DNA of 64,000 nucleotides. It comes from Octopus sinensis. Its lineage: Eukaryota. Position numbers and translations under genes: made by a program. The notes under the pieces are model-generated. The model did no database searches, was not told the DNA's origin, and saw only the letters and a program-made list of their open reading frames with translations. The DNA lies in contig NC_043024.1 of NCBI RefSeq assembly GCF_006345805.1, positions 6,572,001-6,636,000 of the forward strand, given 5' to 3'. Positions 34,776 to 45,108 of this stretch are shown here, one piece after another; position 1 is the first letter of the stretch, and each line of letters opens with the position of its first letter.

Positions 34776-35333
34776 TGAGTGAGAGAGCAGTGCATGTCAT
34801 CAAAGTGACACTGGGGTAAAATATACGAAGCCCAGTATACCCATCATGACTACCCGTCTGACAAGGGTACACTAGGCACATGCATCACAACCATATGTGC
34901 GCGACATGGTGATCTCATATCAAGATAAGCAGCACATGACCTTGCAGGTGGAGCCCAGTTAGAATTTTCTTCAGGTTGAGTAGCCCATCCTGCTCAAATG
35001 GTCCCTGAATAAGGGTTGCTTAAGGATGTTGAAAGAACCACCCATGTTTCCAGAGGTGAATTATTCAAACCCCAAAGAATCCCTCTCAACACATGGCTAT
35101 GATGCCCCCCCCCACTACTTCTGCTCGTGATCAGAGATGCACATATCGTCAGCCACTAAGGGACATGCTCAACTGGTAACGGTCAAACAACTGACAAGCA
35201 AATCTGTGGTATTGAGCAGAATATTTGCTGTAGCCCATCTTTTATACCAAGACAAAACAATGTACATGATAACACTTCCAATCAGTTAAGATCAGAAGCC
35301 ATGAGAGCCACTGCCTGGTACTGCATCAGGGCA
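34774..35333 (-). mobile_element. (TAA)n-associated interspersed repeat, longer copy
   Basis: Reverse complement of 7650-8095 plus about 110 nt of extra 5' sequence, with ATT tracts on both sides. Confidence 0.8.
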
Positions 35334-35353
35334 ATTATTATTATTATTATTAT

Positions 35354-35401
<48 letters not shown>

Positions 35402-35676
35402 CACTCTCTCTCTCCCTCTCTCCCTCTCCCTATTTCTTTCCTCCTCCCCCTCTCTCGCTCTGTAAGAAATTATGTTCAAACTGAGAGCAAGATGGCCTCC
35501 GTCATGTTTAAAGGGAAAGGACCAGCCTGAGAAAATGGACAGGATGGTCATGGCTGGAACATCTTCAATGAAAGGCTAAGTTGACCTCTGTGGAATTTGA
35601 ACTCAGAACGTAGCAACGGGCGAAATACCGCTAACCATTTCGTTCAACACACTAACGATTCTGCCAGCTGACTGCC

Positions 35677-35744
<68 letters not shown>

Positions 35745-35775
35745 CTTACTCAATCAAAGCTGACAGTAACAACAG

Positions 35776-35806
<31 letters not shown>

Positions 35807-36017
35807 CACTACTACTACTACAGTATCAACCAGTTTGGCGAGATAATGACTTGATGCTTTATGAGGTAGGTGTCCCCATTATTTTCCACCCGGCAGGGGT
35901 GGTGGGGTAGATTAGGGGTGCGAAGGGGGTACCGCGAGAATGCATCTAGTTATTAATGACCTAGTTTCAGTAGAGAGACTATACAGACATCTATCATATA
36001 TTGCTGTGGCATAAAGT

Positions 36018-36282
36018 GATGGTGGTGGTGGTTGTGGTGGCGGAGGAGGTGGTGGCGGAGGAGGTGATGGCGGTGGTGGTGGTGGTGGTGGTGGTAGTTG
36101 TGGTGGTAGTTGTGGTGGTGGTGGTGGTGGTGGTTGTGGTGGCGGAGGATGTGATGATGGTGGTGGTGGTGGTGGTTGTGGTGGTGGTGATTGTGGTGGT
36201 GGTGGTGGTGGTGGTGATAGTGGTGGTGGTGATGGTGGTGGTGGTGGTGGCGGCGGCGGCGGCGGCGGCGGTGGTGGTGGTG
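36018..36282. repeat. (GGT/GGC/GAT)n trinucleotide microsatellite
   Basis: Direct reading. It produces the poly-Pro, His, Thr and Val ORFs. Confidence 0.95.
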
Positions 36283-36444
36283 GCAAGTGTAGAAGAAACA
36301 AAAAATGAGAGAGGGGGAGGGAGGGAGGGAGGGAGGGAGGGAGGGAGAGAGAGAGGGAGAGAGAGAGAAGGAGAGAGAGAGAGGGAGGGAGGGAGACCCC
36401 AGACAGACAGACACCCAGATAGATAGATAGATAGGTAGGTATCC

Positions 36445-36858
36445 ATGCTAGTGGAGTGTGATCGTTGTCAGGGCGGCTGACTGGCTCCCGTGCTGGTGGC
36501 ATGTAAAAAGCACCATTCGAGTGTGATTGTTACCAGCGTTGCCTTACTGGCACATGTAAAACAACATTTGAAGGAGGTCGTTGCCTGTATTGTTGGACTG
36601 ACTCTTGTGCAGGTGGCACGTAAAAAACACCATTTGAGCGTGGCCATTGCCAGTATCGCCTGACTGGCCCTAAATGTCGGTGGCACATAAAAGCACCCAC
36701 TACACTCTTGGAGTGGTTGGTGTTAGGAAGGGCATCCAGCTGTAGAAACTCTGCCAGATTAGATTGGAGCCTGGTGCAGCCATCTGGCTCACCAGTCCTC
36801 AGTCAAATCGTCCAACCCATGCTAGCATGGAAAGCGGATGTTAAACGATGATGATGAT
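36445..36858 (+). mobile_element. Family D repeat (RTE-type 3' region)
   Basis: Same internal units and (GAT)n tail as 30930-31310. Confidence 0.85.
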
Positions 36859-37072
36859 TTTATATATATATATATACTTGGTGTGGCTATAAATTGGTTG
36901 TAAATTGCAAATAGCCACCTTAATAATTTATAATTCTCACTTCGCCATTTTCAGAATCAGTCAATATATATGCTGTTTTTTATGGGATTGACAAAGTGAG
37001 TGAAGTTCTTTAACTCTTATCAACCAAAGCCTGGTGAGTGGATTTGGTAGACAGAAACTGAAAAGAAGCTTG

Positions 37073-37115
<43 letters not shown>

Positions 37116-37337
37116 AAGAATGGAGGTTTAGTTCACAGGTGATCTAAACAATTAGGTATGCTAGGTAAGTGCTGTAACGGATAATTGGGGTTCCAAAGTT
37201 ATAGCTGAGACAGTAGTTATGGAGACATTGCAGATTTCCAATGTAGCGGGTATATAATTGTTAAACAGGACGTCAAACATTAAAGCAAAGCAAGTATCTC
37301 AAGTCGTATACAATAGTATTATAGGAAGAAATTCAAA

Positions 37338-37393
37338 ATCTTACAGCCGTTTCTGGGATATCATTGAGTATGGGATATTCCATCATCAGAGAC
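37338..37393 (-). ncRNA. Type I (minimal) hammerhead ribozyme motif, left arm
   Basis: Minus strand: GTCT CTGATGA TGGAATATC-loop-GATATCCCA GAAAC GGCT GTA AGAT. Confidence 0.65.
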
Positions 37394-37533
37394 AAATTGG
37401 GGAAAAAATATAAAAAATGAAAACGTAGAGGAAGGAGTAAAAGAATAAGGAGAAATGGAATAAAAGAATCCATCTCCTTATTTTTTACTCCCTTCCTCTA
37501 CCATTCTCATTTTCCATATTTTTTCCCCAATTT

Positions 37534-37589
37534 GTCTCTGATGATGGAATATCCCATACTCAATGATATCCCAGAAACGGCTGTAAGAC
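37534..37589 (+). ncRNA. Type I (minimal) hammerhead ribozyme motif, right arm
   Basis: Stem I GTCT/AGAC, core CTGATGA (37538-37544), stem II with 8 of 9 pairs, GAAAC (37574-37578), and cleavage triplet GTA (37583-37585). Stem III ACGGCTGT is self-complementary with G-U pairs. Confidence 0.7.
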
Positions 37590-37984
37590 TTTGAATTTCT
37601 TCTTATAATAATAATGTATATGACTTGAGATGTTTGACATCCTGTTTAACGACTATATGTGTGTGGTGTGTTTGTTCCCCACCACCATCGCTTGACAACT
37701 GATGTTGGTGTGTTTACATCCCTGTAACTTAGCAGTTTGGCAAAAGAGACCAATAGTATAAATACTAGGCTTACAAAGAATAAGTCCTGGGGTTGACTTC
37801 TTTGACCAAAGGTGTTCCAGCATGGTCGCAATCACATGACTGAAACAAGTAAAAGAATAAAAGAATATATTTATGTATATATGTGTATATATGTATGTAT
37901 ATGTGTGTGTGCATGTATGTATGTATGTTTGTATGTATGTATGTATGTATGTATGTATGTATGTATACGTGCAGCTTTGTATGT

Positions 37985-38262
37985 TTTGTTTTATGCGTCT
38001 CCTCATGTATATACCTGCATATCTAGACATGCTTATATATACTTAAATGATAAACTTCAGGAATGTTTTACAGATTTTTACAGTTCCATTGATGGCTTAG
38101 ATCTGTAGTCTTCGAATCAGCTTTCTCCTTTCAGGTTTTGAAAAACTTAATTTCTCAAGATTGGTATTTAGGCAGTGTGTTACATATCCCAAGGCCCCAG
38201 TAAACCTGAACCTGAACTTGTATTCTGGATAGAGCGTTTGTAGATTCCTCAATAGTTCAGCA
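37985..38262 (-). mobile_element. 5'-truncated R4/Dong-like RLE element bounded by (CATA)n
   Basis: YAELLRNLQTLYPEYKFRF..TGALGYVTHCLNTNLEKLSFSKPERRKLIRRLQI*SITGTVKICKTFLKF* resembles an RLE-element C-terminus (GALG motif). (TATG)n tracts lie on both sides. Confidence 0.55.
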
Positions 38263-38672
38263 TATGTATGTATGTATGTAAGTATGTATGTATGTATGTA
38301 TGTATATATATATGTATGTATGTGGGAGTGTGTGAATGCATGGTTGGGTCGATAGGGTTGATTTGTTTTCCTTTTGCTAATATTGAAGTCATATGTTTGT
38401 CTTGTATGAAGATATGAGAAAGCTGTCCTGGTGATGCACATTGAGGCAGAAACAGCTGCCTTCTTACTTCCACAACAAACCAGATTGTCTCTTCCTTAAT
38501 TCAGTAAATTGGTTGGTGATTCCTTGGAGTTATCTCCCCTTCTCATTTAGAGTCAGTTACCAATTGCTGTTAGGCAATTACTCAATTACTTAATCTTAAA
38601 GGGAAAAATAATTTGAATAAACCTAGAAAAAATGTTGTATGTTATTTAATATACTTTTTTTGACTTTATATA

Positions 38673-38703
<31 letters not shown>

Positions 38704-39248
38704 TGTGTGTGGTGTGTGTGTGTGTGTGTATGTACGTATGTATGTATGTATATGTGTGTATATGTATGCATATGCATATACATACATACGTACATACACA
38801 TATATATGTATGTATGTATATATTGTGTTTGTGATGCAAATTCATGTCATAGTGTGTTTACACCTACCTAACTACATGCATATCTATGCATCCATGCATA
38901 TATACATGTATACATATAACTTCATATATACATACATACAAATATATATACACACATATGTACACATATGTGTATGTTTATGTATGTATGTATGTATGTA
39001 TGTATGAATGTATGTATGTATGTATGTATGTTGTGTGTGTGTGTGTGGTATATATATATATATATATATATATGCATACATAGGCGTACACTCGGGTATT
39101 CAGGTGCACACCCACAATACATTCAAAGAGAAGAGACAGGCAGCAAGTGTTGTGGGGTGGGGAGCAGGGGGTGCAGGATTGAAGGGCACCTAGAATGGTG
39201 TATTTAGGTTAGTAGTAAATATGTTTGGCAGGTTGCTATGGAAAAGAG

Positions 39249-39300
<52 letters not shown>

Positions 39301-39627
39301 AGAAGCAGGTATAGGCGAGTGGAAGGTGAAAGCAGAGCTGGTGGGTAGGAATGCCAGAGAGATAGAGGAGGGGGTGAGGTGAGAGGCGGGTGGGTATGGA
39401 CAAAAAAGTGAATGTTTAAAGAAAAAGAGCGAATAAGATGAGAGAGCAGACTACACACACACACACACAAATGCATAATTTTCACTGGATCTACGTCAGG
39501 AATACCACAGCGTTGGTTTAGTTTATAAAATTATATATTGTAAGTGTGGATGACATCAGGCAGACGAAATGGTGAAAGTGCTTTAGTCAGAAAACTAATA
39601 GACATATACCCAGAGTTCAAATAATTA

Positions 39628-39671
<44 letters not shown>

Positions 39672-39689
39672 CATACATATATATATATC

Positions 39690-40390
39690 ATCATCATCAT
39701 CATCATCATTTAACGTCCGTTCTCCATGCTAGCATGGGTTGGACGGTTCGACCGGGGATCTGGGAAGCCAGAAGGCTGCACCAGGCTCCAGTCTTATCTG
39801 GCAATGTTTCTACAGCTGGATGCCCTTCCTAACGCCAACCACTCCGTGAGTGTAGTGGGTGATTTTTACGTGCCACCCGCACAGGTGCCAGACAGAGCTG
39901 GCGAACGGCCACGAACAGATGGTGCTTTTTATGTGCCACCGGCACAAGGGCCAGGCGAGGCTGGCAATGGACACGAAACGGGGCGGTGCTGGCAACGGTC
40001 GCGAAACGGAAAGTTCTCTTACATACCACCGGCACTGGTAACACATCTGCAATTTCCATTGATCGATTTCGATTCTGATCCTCACTTGCCTCAACGGGTC
40101 TTCACAAGTAGAGTTTCGACATGCCACCGGCACTGGTAACACATCTGCAATTTCCATTGATTGATTTCGATTCTGATCCTCACTTGCCTCAACAGGTCTT
40201 CACAAGTAGAGTTTTGTGTCCCAAGAAGGGAAGGTATGCATACGTAGGCTGGCTCCATCCCATGTAGAAGGCCACGGGTTATGGACTCACTTGTCCTGCC
40301 GGGTCTTCTCGCGTACAGCACACTTCCAGAGGTCTCGGTCTCTAGTCATTTCCTCAGTGAGACCTAAAGTTCGAAGGTCGTGCTTCACCA
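39690..40390 (-). mobile_element. RTE-clade LINE 3' end: ORF2 C-terminus contiguous with the family D repeat
   Basis: The minus frame reads VKHDLRTLGLTEEMTRDRDLWKCAVREKTRQDK* and runs into family D sequence with a (GAT)n tail. An internal tandem duplication of about 97 bp lies at 40027-40210. Confidence 0.8.
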
Positions 40391-41907
40391 GGGCAGGCAT
40401 CTGTGATCTAATTGGACTCTTTCTCCTAGATACCTTCAGTAAGACATTCCCTAACGTACATTTCGCCATCTACAAAGATGATGCCCTCGCCTTAACAGCT
40501 AATACAAATGGACCAGCACAAGATCGTTTTAGGAAGGATATTATCCAGTTAATGAAACACTTCGGACTTAGTATAACTATAGACACTAACCTGACGGTTG
40601 TCAATTTCTTAGACGTTTCCTTAGATCTTAATAATAATATTTATAAGCCTTATAGGAAGCCCAATGATAGACTAAGTTATATTAATGTAGGTTCATGCCA
40701 TCCCCCTATAGTATTCAAAAATTTAGTTAAAAATATTAGTAAGAGGATTTCTAGCCTCTCATCTAATGAGGACATCTTCAATAGCGTTGCCCCAGTTTAT
40801 AATAAAGCTTTAAAAGATAGTGGTTTTAGCGAAAAAATAAAATATACACCTATCACCAGCCCAACAGTAAGGAAAAGGAATAATAGAAATAGGAAGGTCA
40901 TCTGGTTTACGCCCCCTTACTCATCCGAGGTGGCCTTCAATATAGGTAAATATTTCCTAGCACTGATAGATAGACATTTTCCAGTTAACCATGCTTATAG
41001 GAAACTCTTCAATAGACACAATTTAAAAATTAGTTTTAGTTCAACTACCAATTTTAAAAACATAATCAATCATAACATACAAAAAACACAAGAAGAAAAC
41101 AGCTGTTCATGCAGGAATAAAGAATTGTGCCCGCTAAATGGAGCTTGCATGTCCAAGACCATCATATATGAAGCTACCGTAAACTCTATAACAACTAAAG
41201 ACACCGTTTCGACGAAGAAATACATGGGCCTGACAGAGGGTAATTTCAAGGCCAGGTTCAATAACCACACTTTGAGCTTTAGGCACTGGAACAAAAGAAA
41301 AGCGACACAATTATCCAATCATATTTGGTCTTTAAGAGATAAAGGTGTCGATTATAACATACAATGGAAGATTTTGGCCAGATGTAAGCCCTACACTAAC
41401 GGCAGCGGAAGGTGCGGTTTATGCGACATGGAGAGATGGCTTATCTGGAAAAGCAGCTTAGACCCTACCACATGTCTAAATACAAGGACAGAGCTTTTCG
41501 GATCATGCCCACATGTGACTAAATTTCTGTTACGTTTTGGTCCCCTAAAGAAAACGGATAGAACATGCTTTCTGTGTTAGTCCCAAGAAGATTTTTATAT
41601 ATTTTATAATTTTATATATTTTTATGTATTTATATAATTTTTATGACGAAAAATGCGAGCGATGTATAAGTACGCAGGCAAAGCAGAGTTATAACAGAGT
41701 AATTTCCCTTCATTTTTAACGGTATTTTTTCATAACGTTTTCAAATAGCCAGATAACCGAAGAGATGGTGTTGTGGATTTCCACTTCGGCATCTGAAACT
41801 CAGAGTTTATCTTGACTACCGAGTAATGTAACATATTGTATAGATAAATTTCCTCTATTTACATAATATTGAGGTCTCTTTCTTTCTTTGTTATCTTACC
41901 GTTTTAT

Positions 41908-41910
<3 letters not shown>
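40391..41910 (+). mobile_element. 5'-truncated Penelope-like element (Naiad-like): RT C-half, GIY-YIG and 3' terminal repeat
   Basis: Stop-free frame 40393-41580: ICDLIGLFLL, YKDD (RT), NFLDV, HPP, RKVIWFTPPYS, CSC...CPLNGAC, IIYEATV...YMGLTEGNFKARFNNH (GIY-YIG), CGLC...ELFGSCPH. Confidence 0.92.
41746..41818 (+). ncRNA. Degenerate hammerhead ribozyme motif downstream of the PLE ORF
   Basis: AGATAA CCGAAGA GATG...CATC T GAAAC TCAGA GTT TATCT. U4 is changed to C. A relative with an intact core lies at 49731-49789 (-). Confidence 0.5.
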
Positions 41911-41973
<63 letters not shown>

Positions 41974-42006
41974 GTATGTGTATGTATATATATATATTAT
42001 ATATAT

Positions 42007-42038
<32 letters not shown>

Positions 42039-42109
42039 ATATATATATATATGGATGTATGTATGGTATGTATATATATTATGTATATTATATATATATA
42101 TAGTTAATC

Positions 42110-42300
42110 CAAACATGAAAACACAAAGAGAAAACACAACAACGTGAGGACGTGGAACAAATATAGTATTATTGGATGCTCAGGAAAGAAGGAAAGAAGG
42201 AGGGTTTAACGTTTTGAGCAGAGCTCTTCATAAGAAACATAGGAAAAGGAAAGATCCGGAGAAGAGAAAACGGAGGAAAAAAAATTGCCAACGGTACACA
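42110..42300 (-). mobile_element. PLE-type terminal repeat with an inactivated hammerhead motif
   Basis: Minus strand GTTT CTTATGA A GAGC TCT GCTC AAAAC GTT AAAC (42204-42238). Same family as 49385-49590. Confidence 0.6.
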
Positions 42301-43204
42301 CGAGGTCATATATATATATATATATATGTATATGTATGTATCACAGGAGTGACTGTGTGGTAAGTAGCTTGCTTACCAACCACATGGTTCTGGGTTCAGT
42401 CCCACTGCGTGGCACCTTGTGCAAGTGTCTTCTACTATAGCCTTAGGCCGACCAATGCCTTGTGAGTGGATTTTGTAGATGGAAACTGAAAGAAGCCCAT
42501 CTTGTATATATATATGTATATCTGTACTTGTGTGTGTGTGTGCCTTTGTATCTGTGTTTGTCTTCCCACCATCGCTTGAGAACCGATGTTGGTGTGTTTA
42601 TGTCCCTGTAATTAGAGGTTCGGCAAAAGGAACTGATAGAATGAAGAATCAGTCCTAGGGTCAATTTCTTCAACTAAAACCCTTCAATGTGGTGCTCCAG
42701 CATGGCTGCAGTCAAATGACTGAAACATGTAAAAGAATAAAAAAGTCATTAGACTGCGGCCATGCTGGGGCATCGTCTTGAAGAACTTTAATCAAATGAA
42801 TCAACCCCAGGACTATTTTTTTTTTGGTAAAGCTGAGTACTTATTGTATTGAACTCTTTTGCCAAACTGCTAAGTTACAGGGATGTAAACACACCAACAC
42901 CAGTTGTCAAACAGTGCTGAAGGGAGGACAGACACAGACACTAATACACATAAATAATGGGCTTCTTTCAGTTTTTGTCTACTAAATCCACTGACAAGGC
43001 TTTGGTCAGCCTGAGACTATAGTAGAAGACACTTACACAAGGTGCCACGCAGTGGGACTGAACCTGGAACCATGTTGTTGGAAAACTGGCTTCTTACCAA
43101 ACAGCCACACCTGTATGTGATATATGTATGTATATGCATGTATACTTATATCCATGCATATATACATACATACATCTATATACAAACACACACACACACA
43201 CATA

Positions 43205-44060
43205 CAGGGTTTGGTGAATAAACTGTCGCTTAAATTATGCAAAAATGAAAATAACACAGACATCTCATTTTAAAACATATATTTACCAAAATAAAATAAA
43301 AGTATCTTGAAATACTAAAGAGTAAATTTATTCAATAACATCACCATTGGTTTCAACCACAGCCTCCAGATGACTTCAGAATCTCCTGCAACTCTTCTGG
43401 ACGGTCTCCTTGTTTAAGTTGGTGAATGCTGCCATAATCCTTGCCTTCAGTTCATCTTTGGTGTTACAAGGAATTTTGTTGGTCTCTTTCTCAATTGGGC
43501 CCCACACGTAATAATCAAGGGGGTTGCAGTATGGGGGGTTATGTGATCAGATGTTAGGAGTGATGTGGTCACAGAAATTGTCTGACAGCCATGACTGGGT
43601 TCTCCTGTTTGTGTGGAAGGGAGCAGAGTGCTGTTGCCAGACATAGGGTCTGCCAGCAGTCACTCTCTTGACCCAGGGTAGAACTTGATGTAGGCCTCTG
43701 TGTTGACTCTCAAGACGTGTGGAAAGATGAATGGAGGCATAACATCACCATCAGTAATGATCACTCCAAACACCATGATGTTGACTGGATGTTTGATTTT
43801 TATCACTCTCGGTACATGTCCTCAGATTGTCACACAAATACTCTGAAATGTTTGTATTGGAGCTTCCAGTGCAAATGCCAAGCTGTACAGCATGTCATTA
43901 CCAAATTTCTGGCAGAGTGAATTGCATCATGGTGCTGCTTTGCCCACAGACGGTGCCCAATTGACCCTTCTATACTGTGTAGTTGACAAAATAAAAACAA
44001 ACAATGCTCATACGTGAAATTAAAAATATAAAATGGTGACAATTTACCTATTGCATGCTG
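43205..44060 (-). mobile_element. Tc1/mariner-superfamily (maT/DD37D-like) transposon remnant
   Basis: The minus strand encodes decayed PVNIMVFGVI...FIFP, WQQ..A, SWLSDNFCDHIT and CNPLDYYVWG motifs. Degenerate TA|CAG termini lie at both ends. Confidence 0.75.
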
Positions 44061-44462
44061 TATATATTTCACCTTTGCATTTGGCTAGCAAGATATTTGG
44101 TAAGGTTGTGAATAGTGGCAAAAGAATTTTGACATAGAAACAACCATTTGATTTTTTAATCAGCCCATTAAACAAATCATTGATTGATTAGTTGGTTAAA
44201 TATTTAACAGATTGACTAACAATAAAGACGTGATATTGAACCAATGTGTGTGTTACTATAATTAGCATAATTACCCTCCCAAGATACAAAAAGTATATAC
44301 ACATGTGAGTGTGTATGTGTGCGTGTGGGTGTGTTTATATTATATATATATTATATATATAGAATATATATATATATAAGATATATATATATATATATAT
44401 ATATATTAATATATACATATATAATATATATATATATATATATATAATATATATATATATAT

Positions 44463-44516
<54 letters not shown>

Positions 44517-44732
44517 ATATATATATATATGTATATAAGAACACCCCAGCATTCACACATACCCTCACATACTTTCTGTCCTTCCCTACAAGTAAGAGTG
44601 TTTGTGTGTGTAAATTCACCACACACAATGTAGATCCCAGTATCCCACGCACTGAATCTTTTTCTCACAAAACCCTCAACATAAACATGAAAGAAAAACT
44701 TTCACTTAGGCAGAACATACATACATACACAC

Positions 44733-44794
<62 letters not shown>

Positions 44795-44905
44795 CGTGTG
44801 TACACACATACATACACATATTTATATGTGTGTATATATATAATATATATATATATATATTTTTGTGCAATTCTCCCTATGTATGTATGTATGTATGTAT
44901 GTATG

Positions 44906-44937
<32 letters not shown>

Positions 44938-44972
44938 ATATATATATGTTTATATATATATATGTCTGTGTG

Positions 44973-45005
<33 letters not shown>

Positions 45006-45077
45006 ATATATATATACACATACACACACATATTAAAATATAAATATATATATATATTTTAATATGGTGTGTGTATG

Positions 45078-45108
<31 letters not shown>

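Larger units (their letters stand above)
37252..37657. repeat. Large palindrome (about 200-bp arms, about 10-nt loop near 37463) of a PLE-like terminal repeat
   Basis: 37255-37458 is the reverse complement of 37469-37655 with few differences. The cores at 37342-37410 and 37517-37585 are identical. Confidence 0.92.

Noticed and set aside
35895-35930. G-quadruplex-type motif (four G4-5 runs); another at about 48635-48705
   Set aside because: The pattern is real but common, and nothing here links it to a function.
35912-36502. Poly-Pro, poly-His and poly-Thr ORFs (extensin- or formin-like)
   Set aside because: A (GGT)n microsatellite plus a GA tract, with ends lying in a family D repeat.
40216-40390. 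N-terminal 58 codons of the 454-aa ORF as part of a real protein
   Set aside because: This is the antisense strand of an RTE 3' end that happens to be in frame with the truncated PLE.
41580-41750. Possible SECIS element after the Naiad-like ORF (ATGACG...AAA...GATG)
   Set aside because: The spacing is too short for helix II and there is no in-frame TGA in the retained ORF.
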